Shown here one piece after another: positions 28,417-36,687 of a DNA stretch of 64,000 bases (positions are counted from its first letter, which is position 1; each line of letters opens with the position of its first letter). The position numbers and the translations under genes are program-made. This stretch comes from Stellaceae bacterium (GTDB lineage: Bacteria; Pseudomonadota; Alphaproteobacteria; ATCC43930; CGMCC-115725), in contig DATMLF010000147.1 in the NCBI GenBank assembly GCA_035570595.1, positions 852 through 64,851 on the forward strand, in the 5' to 3' direction. The notes beneath the pieces are model-generated. The model did no database searches. It was not told the origin of the DNA and was given only the letters and a program-made list of their open reading frames with translations.

Positions 28417-28500
28417 GTAGGGCGGAAAAGCGCAGCGCTTTCCGCCATGACGGCTCTGATCGCGCCGTCCGGCGGATTAGGCTCCGCTGATCCGCCCTAC
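28417..28500. repeat. REP-like nested palindrome, family B
   Basis: Outer arms GTAGGGCGG / CCGCCCTAC. Inner hairpins GGCGGAAAAGCGC-GCGCTTTCCGCC and GGCGGAT-ATCCGCC. Related copy at 46101-46184. Confidence 0.8.
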
Positions 28501-28524
28501 CGGTTTCACGTGGACCCGCTTCCT

Positions 28525-29286
28525 TTATTGCGCGGCGGCGCGCATCGGGACGTACGACTTGAGGAAATTGCGCACGCGGTTGATCGTGCGTTCCTTGAGG
28601 TCGGGCGGCTCGCGCCACGGGTAGACCGTGATCTCGGCGTTGGGCGCCAACGAGGCGACATCGATCGAGGTCGGCAGCGGGTGCGCCGGCGTGTCGTCGG
28701 GCAGCACCAGCATCGGCGTGCGGCAGTTGCGGATGAAGTCGCGCGGCACACTATAGAGGAAGTCGGGGTTCACCCGGTACAAGTTTTGCAGATACTGATC
28801 GACCTGCGCCATGTTGAGGTCGGGCCGCTTTGGCAGCAACTCGGGCGCCCAGACATCCGTGCCGGAGCGGTGCATAACGTCGGGGTCCTCGGGCCGGTGC
28901 CCGACCGTCTGGCAGAACACGGCGGCAAGGACGCGGTCGGGCGCACGCTGCATCAGCTTCCCGGCAAAACACCCGCCGATGCAGTAGCCCATGTAAAAGA
29001 ACTCGCGGATGCCGAGGTGGTCCATCACGCCCAGCTGATCGTCGGCAAAGGCGCCCCACGGGTCGCTCGCCGGGATCGGTCCGGTGCTCTCGCCGCCATT
29101 CGCGTTGCGCTGGTCCATCGTGATAACGCGGAAGTCGTTCTTGAACGCCTCCGGCGCGTTGAACACGGCGGTCGGCCAGTTGCTGACCCGCGAGTTCAAC
29201 CCCCCGCCAGGGGTGACCAGCAACGGGAAGCCGGAGCCGGTCTCCTCGTAGCGGATGCGGACATCGCCCTTTTGATAAAACGGCAT
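28525..29286 (-). CDS. Alpha/beta-fold protein with Cys at the nucleophile-elbow position
   Basis: ATG 29286 after GGAGAAATTGCC. GSGFPLLVTPGGG, and FFYMGYCIGGCF (GxCxG) where GxSxG is expected. Confidence 0.7.
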   Translation of the reverse strand: MPFYQKGDVRIRYEETGSGFPLLVTPGGGLNSRVSNWPTAVFNAPEAFKNDFRVITMDQRNANGGESTGPIPASDPWGAFADDQLGVMDHLGIREFFYMGYCIGGCFAGKLMQRAPDRVLAAVFCQTVGHRPEDPDVMHRSGTDVWAPELLPKRPDLNMAQVDQYLQNLYRVNPDFLYSVPRDFIRNCRTPMLVLPDDTPAHPLPTSIDVASLAPNAEITVYPWREPPDLKERTINRVRNFLKSYVPMRAAAQ

Positions 29287-29373
29287 GGCAATTTCTCCTT
29301 CTGCAGCGTGACGCCGGATTCTATCGCGCAAAGCCCCGCACCGAAATCCACTAAGGGTGCCGGGCGCCTCGCG

Positions 29374-30126
29374 TCAATGAAAGTAGCGGCCCGAGTCGAT
29401 GACCACGGTCTGCCCGGTCATGGTTTCGGTGCGGCACATCGTGACCACAATGTCGGCGCAGTCGTCCTTGTCGGCGGGTTTCTTTAGGAGCGACGTGGCG
29501 GCCGAGTTCTCGATCTGCTCGCGGCGCAGGTTGGCGGTCGCGCGCGTGCCGTCAAGAAGGCCCGGGGCGACGCAGTTCACCAGCACCTCGGGTGCGAGCG
29601 CCACCGCCATGCAGCGCGTCAGGTGGACGAGCCCGGCCTTCGACACCGCATAGGCGATCGACGAGCCGGTCGGCGCGATCCCCGACACCGAGGAGATGTT
29701 GACGACGCGGCCACGGCCTTGCGCCTTCATGACCGGTGCGGCCGCCTTTGTCAGCCGCATCGGCCCGGTCAGGTTGACCGCGATGATCTTGTCCCACACC
29801 TCGGTCGTCAGGCCGTCGAGGTCGGCGAACGGGATCGCCTTGTTGTAGGCGGCGTCGTTGACGAGGATGTCGAGCCGGCCGAAATGCCGGGTGACCTCGC
29901 CGACCACCCGCTCGACCGCGGCGCCATCGGTCACGTCGCAGGCGAACGCGGCGGCGCCGACCTGGTAGCGCGATGCGAGGTCATGGGCCACCCCCTCGGC
30001 CGACTCGCGGCTCTGGGCATAGACCACGGCGAGGTGCACGCCCTCCTTCGCCAGCGCGTGGCAGATGCGCTGTCCGAGCCCGCCATTGCCACCCGTCACC
30101 AGCGCCACTGCGCCCCGCAATTCCAT
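29374..30126 (-). CDS. SDR family oxidoreductase
   Basis: TGGNGGLG cofactor motif, NDAAYN, and YAVSKAG (YxxxK). Confidence 0.9.
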   Translation of the reverse strand: MELRGAVALVTGGNGGLGQRICHALAKEGVHLAVVYAQSRESAEGVAHDLASRYQVGAAAFACDVTDGAAVERVVGEVTRHFGRLDILVNDAAYNKAIPFADLDGLTTEVWDKIIAVNLTGPMRLTKAAAPVMKAQGRGRVVNISSVSGIAPTGSSIAYAVSKAGLVHLTRCMAVALAPEVLVNCVAPGLLDGTRATANLRREQIENSAATSLLKKPADKDDCADIVVTMCRTETMTGQTVVIDSGRYFH

Positions 30127-30161
30127 GAGCTTCCTCCCGCCCTCGGATTGTCGTCGCGGGT

Positions 30162-31415
30162 TTAGGCGAACGACTCGGTCATCGCCGAGTAAACGAGGGT
30201 GCGCAGGTCCCGGCGCAAGGTTAGCCGCGCCTCGCTGCCGATCACCTGGGTCATGAAGACGACGGTCAACTCCTCCGTGGGGTCGACCCAGAACGCGGTC
30301 GCGGCCGCACCGCCCCAGAAATATTCGCCGAGCGACCCCGGCAGCCGGGTTTTCGCCACGTCGACGTTGACCCCGCAGCCGAGCGAAAAGCCGACCCCGG
30401 CATAGCCCGATTCGCTGAACATCCCAGGCAGCGCCATGTCGGCTACCTCCCGCCCTCCGGGGAGGTAGTTCAGGCTGAACAGGGCGACCGTCTTGGGGCT
30501 GAGGATCTGCACGCCGTCGAGCGTGCCGCCGTTCAGCATCATGCGGCAGAAGCGCAGGTAGTCATGCGCCGTCGACACGAGCCCGCCCCCGCCCGATTCG
30601 AGAAGCGGCGGGGTGGCGTAGGTGCTCTCTCGCGCGTCGTCCTGCAATTTCAGCCCCGGCCCCCGGCCCTCCGGCTGGTAGCAGCAGGTGAACCGCTCGA
30701 TCTTGTCGGCCGGCACGTAAAGGCTGGTGTCGTTCATGCCGAGCGGCTCGAACAGCCGGGTGCGCAGGAACTCGCCAAAGCTCATCCCGGACAATGTCTC
30801 GACGAGGTAGCCCAACACGTCGATCGACACCGAATAATTCCAGGCCGTTCCCGGCGAGAAGTCGAGCGGGATCTGCGCCAGCTGGTCGACCATGCCTTGC
30901 AGCCCGCCCGGGGTCGCGCGGTCGACGACCTTGGCCCTGCGATAGGCGGCGTCGACGGCGGTGCGCATCATAAAGCCGTAGGTCAGGCCGGACGTGTGAG
31001 TCGCGAGGTCGATGATTTTCATCGGCCGCAGGACCGGGGTCGTCATAAACGCGGGCTGCGCGCTGGGCAGGAGCGACGGGGTGCCGCTCGCGTAGACGCC
31101 GAGGTTTCCCCAGGCGGGGATGTGGCTGTGGACAGCGTCGTCGAGACCGACGAGGCCCTCCTCGACCAGCATCATCAACGCCACCGCGGTGATCGGCTTT
31201 GACATCGAATAGACGCGGAAGATCGCGTCCTCGCGCATCGGCTTCCCGCGCTCGAGGTCCATCTGGCCGCACATGCCGGTGTGGGCAAGCTCGCCCTGGC
31301 GCCAGACATAGGTCAGCATGCCGGGCAGATAGCCGCTGTCGACATAACGGCGCTTCATCACGTCGTCGAGCCGCGCCAGCCGCGCCGACGACATGCCAAG
31401 GGTTTCCGGCTTCAT
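30162..31415 (-). CDS. Beta-lactamase-fold serine hydrolase (esterase/class C-like)
   Basis: ATG 31415 after GAGGAGGATACTG. SMSK (SxxK) in FRVYSMSKPITA, and a YSV (YxN-like) region. Confidence 0.85.
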   Translation of the reverse strand: MKPETLGMSSARLARLDDVMKRRYVDSGYLPGMLTYVWRQGELAHTGMCGQMDLERGKPMREDAIFRVYSMSKPITAVALMMLVEEGLVGLDDAVHSHIPAWGNLGVYASGTPSLLPSAQPAFMTTPVLRPMKIIDLATHTSGLTYGFMMRTAVDAAYRRAKVVDRATPGGLQGMVDQLAQIPLDFSPGTAWNYSVSIDVLGYLVETLSGMSFGEFLRTRLFEPLGMNDTSLYVPADKIERFTCCYQPEGRGPGLKLQDDARESTYATPPLLESGGGGLVSTAHDYLRFCRMMLNGGTLDGVQILSPKTVALFSLNYLPGGREVADMALPGMFSESGYAGVGFSLGCGVNVDVAKTRLPGSLGEYFWGGAAATAFWVDPTEELTVVFMTQVIGSEARLTLRRDLRTLVYSAMTESFA

Positions 31416-31528
31416 CAGTATCCTCCTCGACCGCGGACCGCTGTCGAGCATAGGGCGGGCGGCCGCCTAAAGCGAGCGACCGCAGCGCGACCCGGTCCGG
31501 CCCCGCAATCCACCAATCCCGACGCCTG

Positions 31529-31882
31529 CTAGGGGTCCGGGTACATGCGGGCCTTTATCGCCCTCAGCTGGGCAACCACTTGCGGGTCGTCGATGCGCGT
31601 GAAGCGGGGCACCTGCTTGCCCTTCCATTCGGCAGGCTCGAAAAACATGCCGAGCGGGCGCAGGTCGAACAGCCCGCCGTTCCGGTAGGCATATGCCGCT
31701 TCGTATAACGGCCGGTAGACTTGCATGAACACGTCTTCCGGCCGGCAATTTTCCTCGGTGTGATGGCCGACCCCGTAAATATAATAGGCGTAGTTGTTTA
31801 GGGGCCCGTCGGGGTCGTGCTTGAAATGGTAATAATATCCGGGCTCGGGAAGTTGCTTGGGAGGCGGTACGTCATACGCCAT
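31529..31882 (-). CDS. DUF1653 domain protein
   Basis: YYHFK...YYIYGVGHHTEE...VYRPLY...LRPLGMFFEP...GKQVPRFTRI pattern. Confidence 0.7.
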   Translation of the reverse strand: MAYDVPPPKQLPEPGYYYHFKHDPDGPLNNYAYYIYGVGHHTEENCRPEDVFMQVYRPLYEAAYAYRNGGLFDLRPLGMFFEPAEWKGKQVPRFTRIDDPQVVAQLRAIKARMYPDP

Positions 31883-31892
31883 GTCGCCCCCC

Positions 31893-32108
31893 TTAGGCGC
31901 GCTGCGCGGATGGGCTCAGCCGATGAAACGGCGATGCGGCACCGGAGAAGAGATCGGCCTTTTCCGATGGCGAGGCACCGTGGTCGTCCCAGAGATGATG
32001 GTGCGGGTCGACGATCGGCAGCTGGGGCACGAGGACCTCCTCCCGGAGGTTGCCAAGCCACTCGGGGTTCGGCAGCGGCCGTGGATAGGAGCGGGCTTCG
32101 ACGGGCAT
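31893..32108 (-). pseudogene. Probable 5' remnant of an amidohydrolase-family gene
   Basis: Intact GGAGGAG RBS + ATG. The first ~45 aa end in IVDPHHHLWDD, the metal-binding N-terminus typical of ~280-aa amidohydrolases. The ORF stops at 71 aa, 10 nt before the next gene. Confidence 0.45.
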
Positions 32109-32164
32109 GGTTCTCCTCCGGATGGCTGACTGCGGTCAGAACGGATGGGATGGCACCTTCGCTT

Positions 32165-32296
32165 CTTCGTCGCCCCGCGAAAGCGGGGGGCCAGGGCAAG
32201 CGCTCGGTGCTCGCCGCCCTCTGTTGAAGCCAGGGCCTGTCCCTGGCCCGAACAGGGGGCAGGCTCTCTGGGTTCGCGCTTTCGCGGGAACAACGG
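32165..32296. repeat. REP-like composite element, family C
   Basis: Hairpins CCCCGCGAAAGCGGGG and GCCAGGGCCTGTCCCTGGC, plus GGTTCGCGCTTTCGCGGGAAC. Its reverse complement aligns by eye with 44755-44810. Confidence 0.7.
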
Positions 32297-32431
32297 AAAT
32301 ACGCCGGTACCAAATGTTAAATTCTGACCCCTAGCTCGCGCGCGCCGCCCACCGACGGGCGGCGCTCGGCGCAATCCTCTGGGAAACGATCTGGCCGCGG
32401 AACGCTGCGCGCCCGACCGAAGATATCCGGA

Positions 32432-35005
32432 TCAGATGACGCCCTCCTCGGCGAGCCGCTCGACCTCGCTCGGGCTGCGGCCGAGCAGCTCGGTCAACAC
32501 CCACAAATTGTCCTCGCCGTAGCAGGGCGCGCCCCGGTTGGTCGGGCCGCCGATATAGGCGGGGGTGGCGCTCATCTTCATCGGCAGCTCATAGATCGGC
32601 CACGTGCCGATCTTGGTGCCGGTGACGTCGGTCAGCCATTTGAGGTGGCGCAGCTGAGGGTCGCCGTCGACGCGGTCCTCGGCGTTCTGGCACACCCCGG
32701 CCGGGACGCCGGCGCGCTGCAACTTCATCATGCAGTCGTGGCGGTCCTGGGTGCGGGTCCATATGCCGACCGCCGCATCGAGGGCGTCCTGATGCGCGAG
32801 GCGGCCTTCCAATGTCGTAAAGCGGCGGTCGTCGAGCCAGGCACCTTGCTCCGCGACCTGCGCCAGGGCCTGCCATTCGGCGTCGGTGAAGCAGGCGATC
32901 GCGACCCAGCGGTCCGCGCCCTCGCACGGATAGGCGCCGTGCGGTGCGGCCGGCTTATAGGGCGAGCGGTTGCCGTAGCGGCGCCATTCGCGCCCGTTCG
33001 CCGACCAGTCGAGGATGGTCGCCCCGGTCAGGAAAATGCCGCTCTCGCATTGCGAGGCGTCGATCCACTGGCCCTCGCCGGTCCGCTCGCGGTGATAGAG
33101 CGCGCCGAGCAGCGCCAGGGCGTAGCCGTAGGCGCCCATCCAGTCGAGGTAGGAATAGCCCCAGCCGACCGGCATCGCCGGCTCGGGCAGGCCGGACATG
33201 TCGCCCTGCCCGCCAAAGGCGGCGGCGACCGGCCCCACGGTGCGCATGCGGCCATAGGTGCCGTGCGCCCCCATGCCCGATTGCTGGATGTAGATCACGT
33301 CGGGCCGGATCGACCTCAGCACGTCGTAGCCGAGGCCGAGGCGCTGCAGCACGCCGGGCGAAAACCCCTCGGCGACGACGTCGCACACCCGCACCAGATC
33401 CTTGGCGATCGCCAGGCCCTTAGGATGGCGGATGTTCAGCGAGATGCCGCGCTTGCCGGCGTTCTTGTTGTTGAACTGGCCGCCCATGTCGGGGTCGCGG
33501 ACGCCGGGCAGCGGCCCGCTCGCGGCGTCGCGCGCGGCGCGCCCGCCGACCGGGGCCATCGCCGCGAGACGGGTGTCGGGGTTGTCCTTCCACTCGACCT
33601 TGAAGCTTTCCGCACCCATCGCGGCGAGGAAGCGGGTGCCGCCGGCCGACGCCAGAAACCACGCGAAATCGAGGATCTTGACCCCTTGCAGCGGGAACGG
33701 CTTGTCGTGCAAGGCCGAACGCCGCGGGTTTTCGACGCGGCGCGGCTCGGCCGGCACATTCGGGCGTCGCGCCGCCTCGCCCAGAACTGAGGCCGTGTCC
33801 TCGCCGAGCAATGGCGCCCGCCGGCCGACCCGCCAGCTCGTCTTGTTGCTGAGCCATTTGCTGGTCGGATAGCGAAAGCTGCGGCCCAGCTCGGGGTGCG
33901 CGACATCGGCAAAGGTCCGGCGCGCGAGCCAATGCTCGTCCTGCGCGTTCTCGTGCGGCTTGCGCAACGGCGCCCACAAGAGGCCGGCGTCCTGCGCCTC
34001 GCGCCACGGCATGTCGGCATAGGTCCACGCCCGCACAAAGCGCTGCACGACATCGAGCATATGCGCGCGCGTCTCGTCGCTGCCGGCGGTGCCGGGCACC
34101 TGGCGCCCCCGCAGATCGGCGTCGGGCGGCGGCGGCTGCAGATCGGCCTGCATGCCGTATCCCGAGAGCAGCGGCACGAGGTTCTTCAAGTCGCGGGCGC
34201 CCATCCCGTGGGTGATGAACCAGCGCCCGTCCTTGGTATGGCAGATGCCGGGCGAGTGGTTGGGGGTCTCGGCGGCATGCCGGTTGGTCAGCCGCCACAA
34301 CGGCACCCGCCGCATGACCCAGTACATGATGTCCTGCTCGGGGTTCTTCGACACCGCCTCGTGGATCGCGACCGAGACGTCCTGGCCCTGCCCGCTCCGG
34401 TGGCGGTGGATCAGCGCGGCGATGACGCCGGTCGCCAATTGCTCGCCGGCGATGTGATAGGCGTGCCAGACCTGGGGCGCGATCGGCGGCGTGTCGTATT
34501 CGAGGCTGGGGTCGGGGTCGTAGCCGCAATTCATCATGACGCCGCCGAGCGCCAGATGGATCAGGTCCGAGCCCTTGAAGTCCGCCCACGGCCCGTCGTC
34601 GCCAAACGGCGTCATCCGCGCCGTCACGAGGCTCGGAAACCGTGCCCCCAGTGCCGCGCGATCGAGGCCCAATGCCGTGTTCAGCGCGCCGCAGCTCGCG
34701 TCCAGCAGGATGTCGGCTCCCGCCAGCAAGCGAAGCAGTTGCTCGCATCCCGCCGGCTCGCACAGGTCGAGCACGACCGACTTTTTGTTGCGGTTGTAGT
34801 TCCAGAAGAACAGCGAGCGTTCGATGCCGGGCTGGTCGTCGAGAAACGGCCCGATCCGCCGGGTCGCGTTGCCCTCGGGCGGCTCAATCTTGACGACCTC
34901 GGCGCCGAGGCCGGCGAGCAGGAGCCCGGCATACTCGGCGCGCTCGTCGGCGACCTCGACCACCCGCACGCCGTCGAGCATGCCGGGGCCGGCGTTGCCC
35001 ATCAT
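32432..35005 (-). CDS. Tandem-fused family III (CaiB/BaiF-type) CoA-transferase
   Basis: 858 aa from ATG 35005. Two collinear CoA-transferase III halves: GVRVVEVAD..GAEVVKIEPP...FKGSDLIHLALGG and GVKILDFAW..GAESFKVEW...RTVGPVAAAFGG. Confidence 0.85.
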   Translation of the reverse strand: MMGNAGPGMLDGVRVVEVADERAEYAGLLLAGLGAEVVKIEPPEGNATRRIGPFLDDQPGIERSLFFWNYNRNKKSVVLDLCEPAGCEQLLRLLAGADILLDASCGALNTALGLDRAALGARFPSLVTARMTPFGDDGPWADFKGSDLIHLALGGVMMNCGYDPDPSLEYDTPPIAPQVWHAYHIAGEQLATGVIAALIHRHRSGQGQDVSVAIHEAVSKNPEQDIMYWVMRRVPLWRLTNRHAAETPNHSPGICHTKDGRWFITHGMGARDLKNLVPLLSGYGMQADLQPPPPDADLRGRQVPGTAGSDETRAHMLDVVQRFVRAWTYADMPWREAQDAGLLWAPLRKPHENAQDEHWLARRTFADVAHPELGRSFRYPTSKWLSNKTSWRVGRRAPLLGEDTASVLGEAARRPNVPAEPRRVENPRRSALHDKPFPLQGVKILDFAWFLASAGGTRFLAAMGAESFKVEWKDNPDTRLAAMAPVGGRAARDAASGPLPGVRDPDMGGQFNNKNAGKRGISLNIRHPKGLAIAKDLVRVCDVVAEGFSPGVLQRLGLGYDVLRSIRPDVIYIQQSGMGAHGTYGRMRTVGPVAAAFGGQGDMSGLPEPAMPVGWGYSYLDWMGAYGYALALLGALYHRERTGEGQWIDASQCESGIFLTGATILDWSANGREWRRYGNRSPYKPAAPHGAYPCEGADRWVAIACFTDAEWQALAQVAEQGAWLDDRRFTTLEGRLAHQDALDAAVGIWTRTQDRHDCMMKLQRAGVPAGVCQNAEDRVDGDPQLRHLKWLTDVTGTKIGTWPIYELPMKMSATPAYIGGPTNRGAPCYGEDNLWVLTELLGRSPSEVERLAEEGVI

Positions 35006-35123
35006 TTCGCCCGGTCCCTGCCCGGTCACGCCCAGGTCCGACACGCTTCCCCCCTTTAATCCGGATGCCCGAGCCCGTCGGGACACACCCGCCGCAGCGG
35101 GCGGGCCGCGGCCGATTGTGTCG

Positions 35124-35140
35124 GACAAAGCGGCTTTGTC
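35124..35140. promoter_or_regulatory. 17-bp palindrome GACAAAG-CGG-CTTTGTC in a divergent intergenic region
   Basis: Perfect 7-bp arms. Lies between the divergent CoA-transferase (start 35005) and lactonase (start 35247) genes. Function unknown. Confidence 0.3.
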
Positions 35141-35246
35141 AACTTGGCCCAGCCGACCGGACGCCGGATCGCCGCGCGGGCGCCTTGACCTTCCGCGACC
35201 GCGGGCGACAGAATTGCTCCGGTCCACAGGCTGGGAGGAAGGCGCG

Positions 35247-36161
35247 ATGGCCGAGATACGCGTGGTCGCGAGCGGATTGCGGTTTCCCGAAGGGCCGGTG
35301 GCGATGGCCGACGGCTCGGTGATCTTGGGCGAGATCGCCGGCGCCGCGGTGACCCGGGTCATGGCCAATGGCGCGAAATCGCCGATCGGCAACGCCGGCG
35401 GCGGACCAAACGGGGTCGCCACGGGTCCCGACGGCGCGCTCTATGTCTGCAACAACGGCGGCAACGAGTACGCGCAGGGCGGCTTTTTGTCGACCGGCCC
35501 GTCCCGCGACTACCGCTGTGGGTATGTCCAGCGGATCGACCCGCGCACCGGCGAGGCGCGCGTTCTCTACAACGAGTGCCAGGGCCACAAATTGTCGGCG
35601 CCGAACGACATCGTGTTCGATCGCCAAGGCGGGTTCTATTTCACCGACCTCGGCAAGCGCTACGCGCATCAGCGCGACCATGGCGGGCTCTATTACGCGC
35701 TGCCCGACGGCTCGAAGGTGACCGAGCTTGTCTACCCGATGCTGAGCCCGAACGGCGTCGGGCTGTCGCCCGACGAAAAGACGGTCTACGTCGCCGACAC
35801 CGAGACCTCGCGGCTCTTCGCCTATGACATCGCCTCGCCTGGCGTCTTGCGCAGCGCGCCGTTCCCGGCGCCCTACGGCGGCCGTCTGGTGTGCGGGCTG
35901 CCCGGTTTTCAGCGCTTTGACAGCCTAGCGGTCGAGGCGTCGGGCAACATCTGCGTCGCGACCCTGGTCACCGGCCACATCACCGTCGTCGCGCCCGACG
36001 GCCGCGTCGTGCGCCAGGTCAAGATGCCGGATGTCTACCCGACCAACATCTGCTTCGGCGGCGCCGACATGAAAACCGCCTACGTCACGCTTTCCGGCAC
36101 CGGCGAGCTTGCCGCGATGGACTGGCCGGAACCCGGGCTGCGCCTCAATTTCGCGGTTTAA
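35247..36161 (+). CDS. SMP-30/gluconolactonase/LRE family protein
   Basis: ATG 35247 after GGGAGGAAGG. LRFPEGPVAM, PNGVATGPDG, NDIVFD, PNGVGLSPDE and TNICFGG propeller repeats. Confidence 0.85.
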   Translation: MAEIRVVASGLRFPEGPVAMADGSVILGEIAGAAVTRVMANGAKSPIGNAGGGPNGVATGPDGALYVCNNGGNEYAQGGFLSTGPSRDYRCGYVQRIDPRTGEARVLYNECQGHKLSAPNDIVFDRQGGFYFTDLGKRYAHQRDHGGLYYALPDGSKVTELVYPMLSPNGVGLSPDEKTVYVADTETSRLFAYDIASPGVLRSAPFPAPYGGRLVCGLPGFQRFDSLAVEASGNICVATLVTGHITVVAPDGRVVRQVKMPDVYPTNICFGGADMKTAYVTLSGTGELAAMDWPEPGLRLNFAV

Positions 36162-36205
36162 TTGGAGCGCGGACAGATGGGTTATCGTCGAGAGCGGAGG
36201 TCCTG

Positions 36206-36601
36206 TTGGCAAAAACGAGCGTATTGATCGTCGGTCTCGAGCCGTCGCTGATCGACTTCTCCGACCCTGCGTATGGCGCCTCGGGGCTGGATGCCGCCGC
36301 AATACGCGCCGGGCTCGCGGCGAACCAGGCGCAGCTGAACGCGCTCGGCTATGATGCTGAGCTTTGCCTCACCGACTTTGGCGAGACAGCAGCGGCGGTT
36401 CTGCGCGACCGGCTAAAGAATAAGTCCTTCGATTGCATTTTGATTGGCGCGGGCGTGCGTCTGATCGCCCAGAACACGCCGCTCCTCGAAACGCTCGTCA
36501 ATATCGCGCATGCCGATGCGCCGCGGGCGAAACTCTGCTTCAATACCCGGCCGACCGATACCGCTGCTGCGGTCGAACGATGCCTCCCTGCCACGAGATA
36601 G
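36206..36601 (+). CDS. Hypothetical protein (131 aa)
   Basis: TTG start after GGAGG. Coding-like composition. No family recognised. Confidence 0.5.
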   Translation: MAKTSVLIVGLEPSLIDFSDPAYGASGLDAAAIRAGLAANQAQLNALGYDAELCLTDFGETAAAVLRDRLKNKSFDCILIGAGVRLIAQNTPLLETLVNIAHADAPRAKLCFNTRPTDTAAAVERCLPATR

Positions 36602-36687
36602 ATCTAAGCGGAACGCGAGCTCTGCTTGCCGGGTCGTTTGTTTTTTGGCGCGGCCGCAATAGAGCTTGATTTTCGAGGAGACATGCG

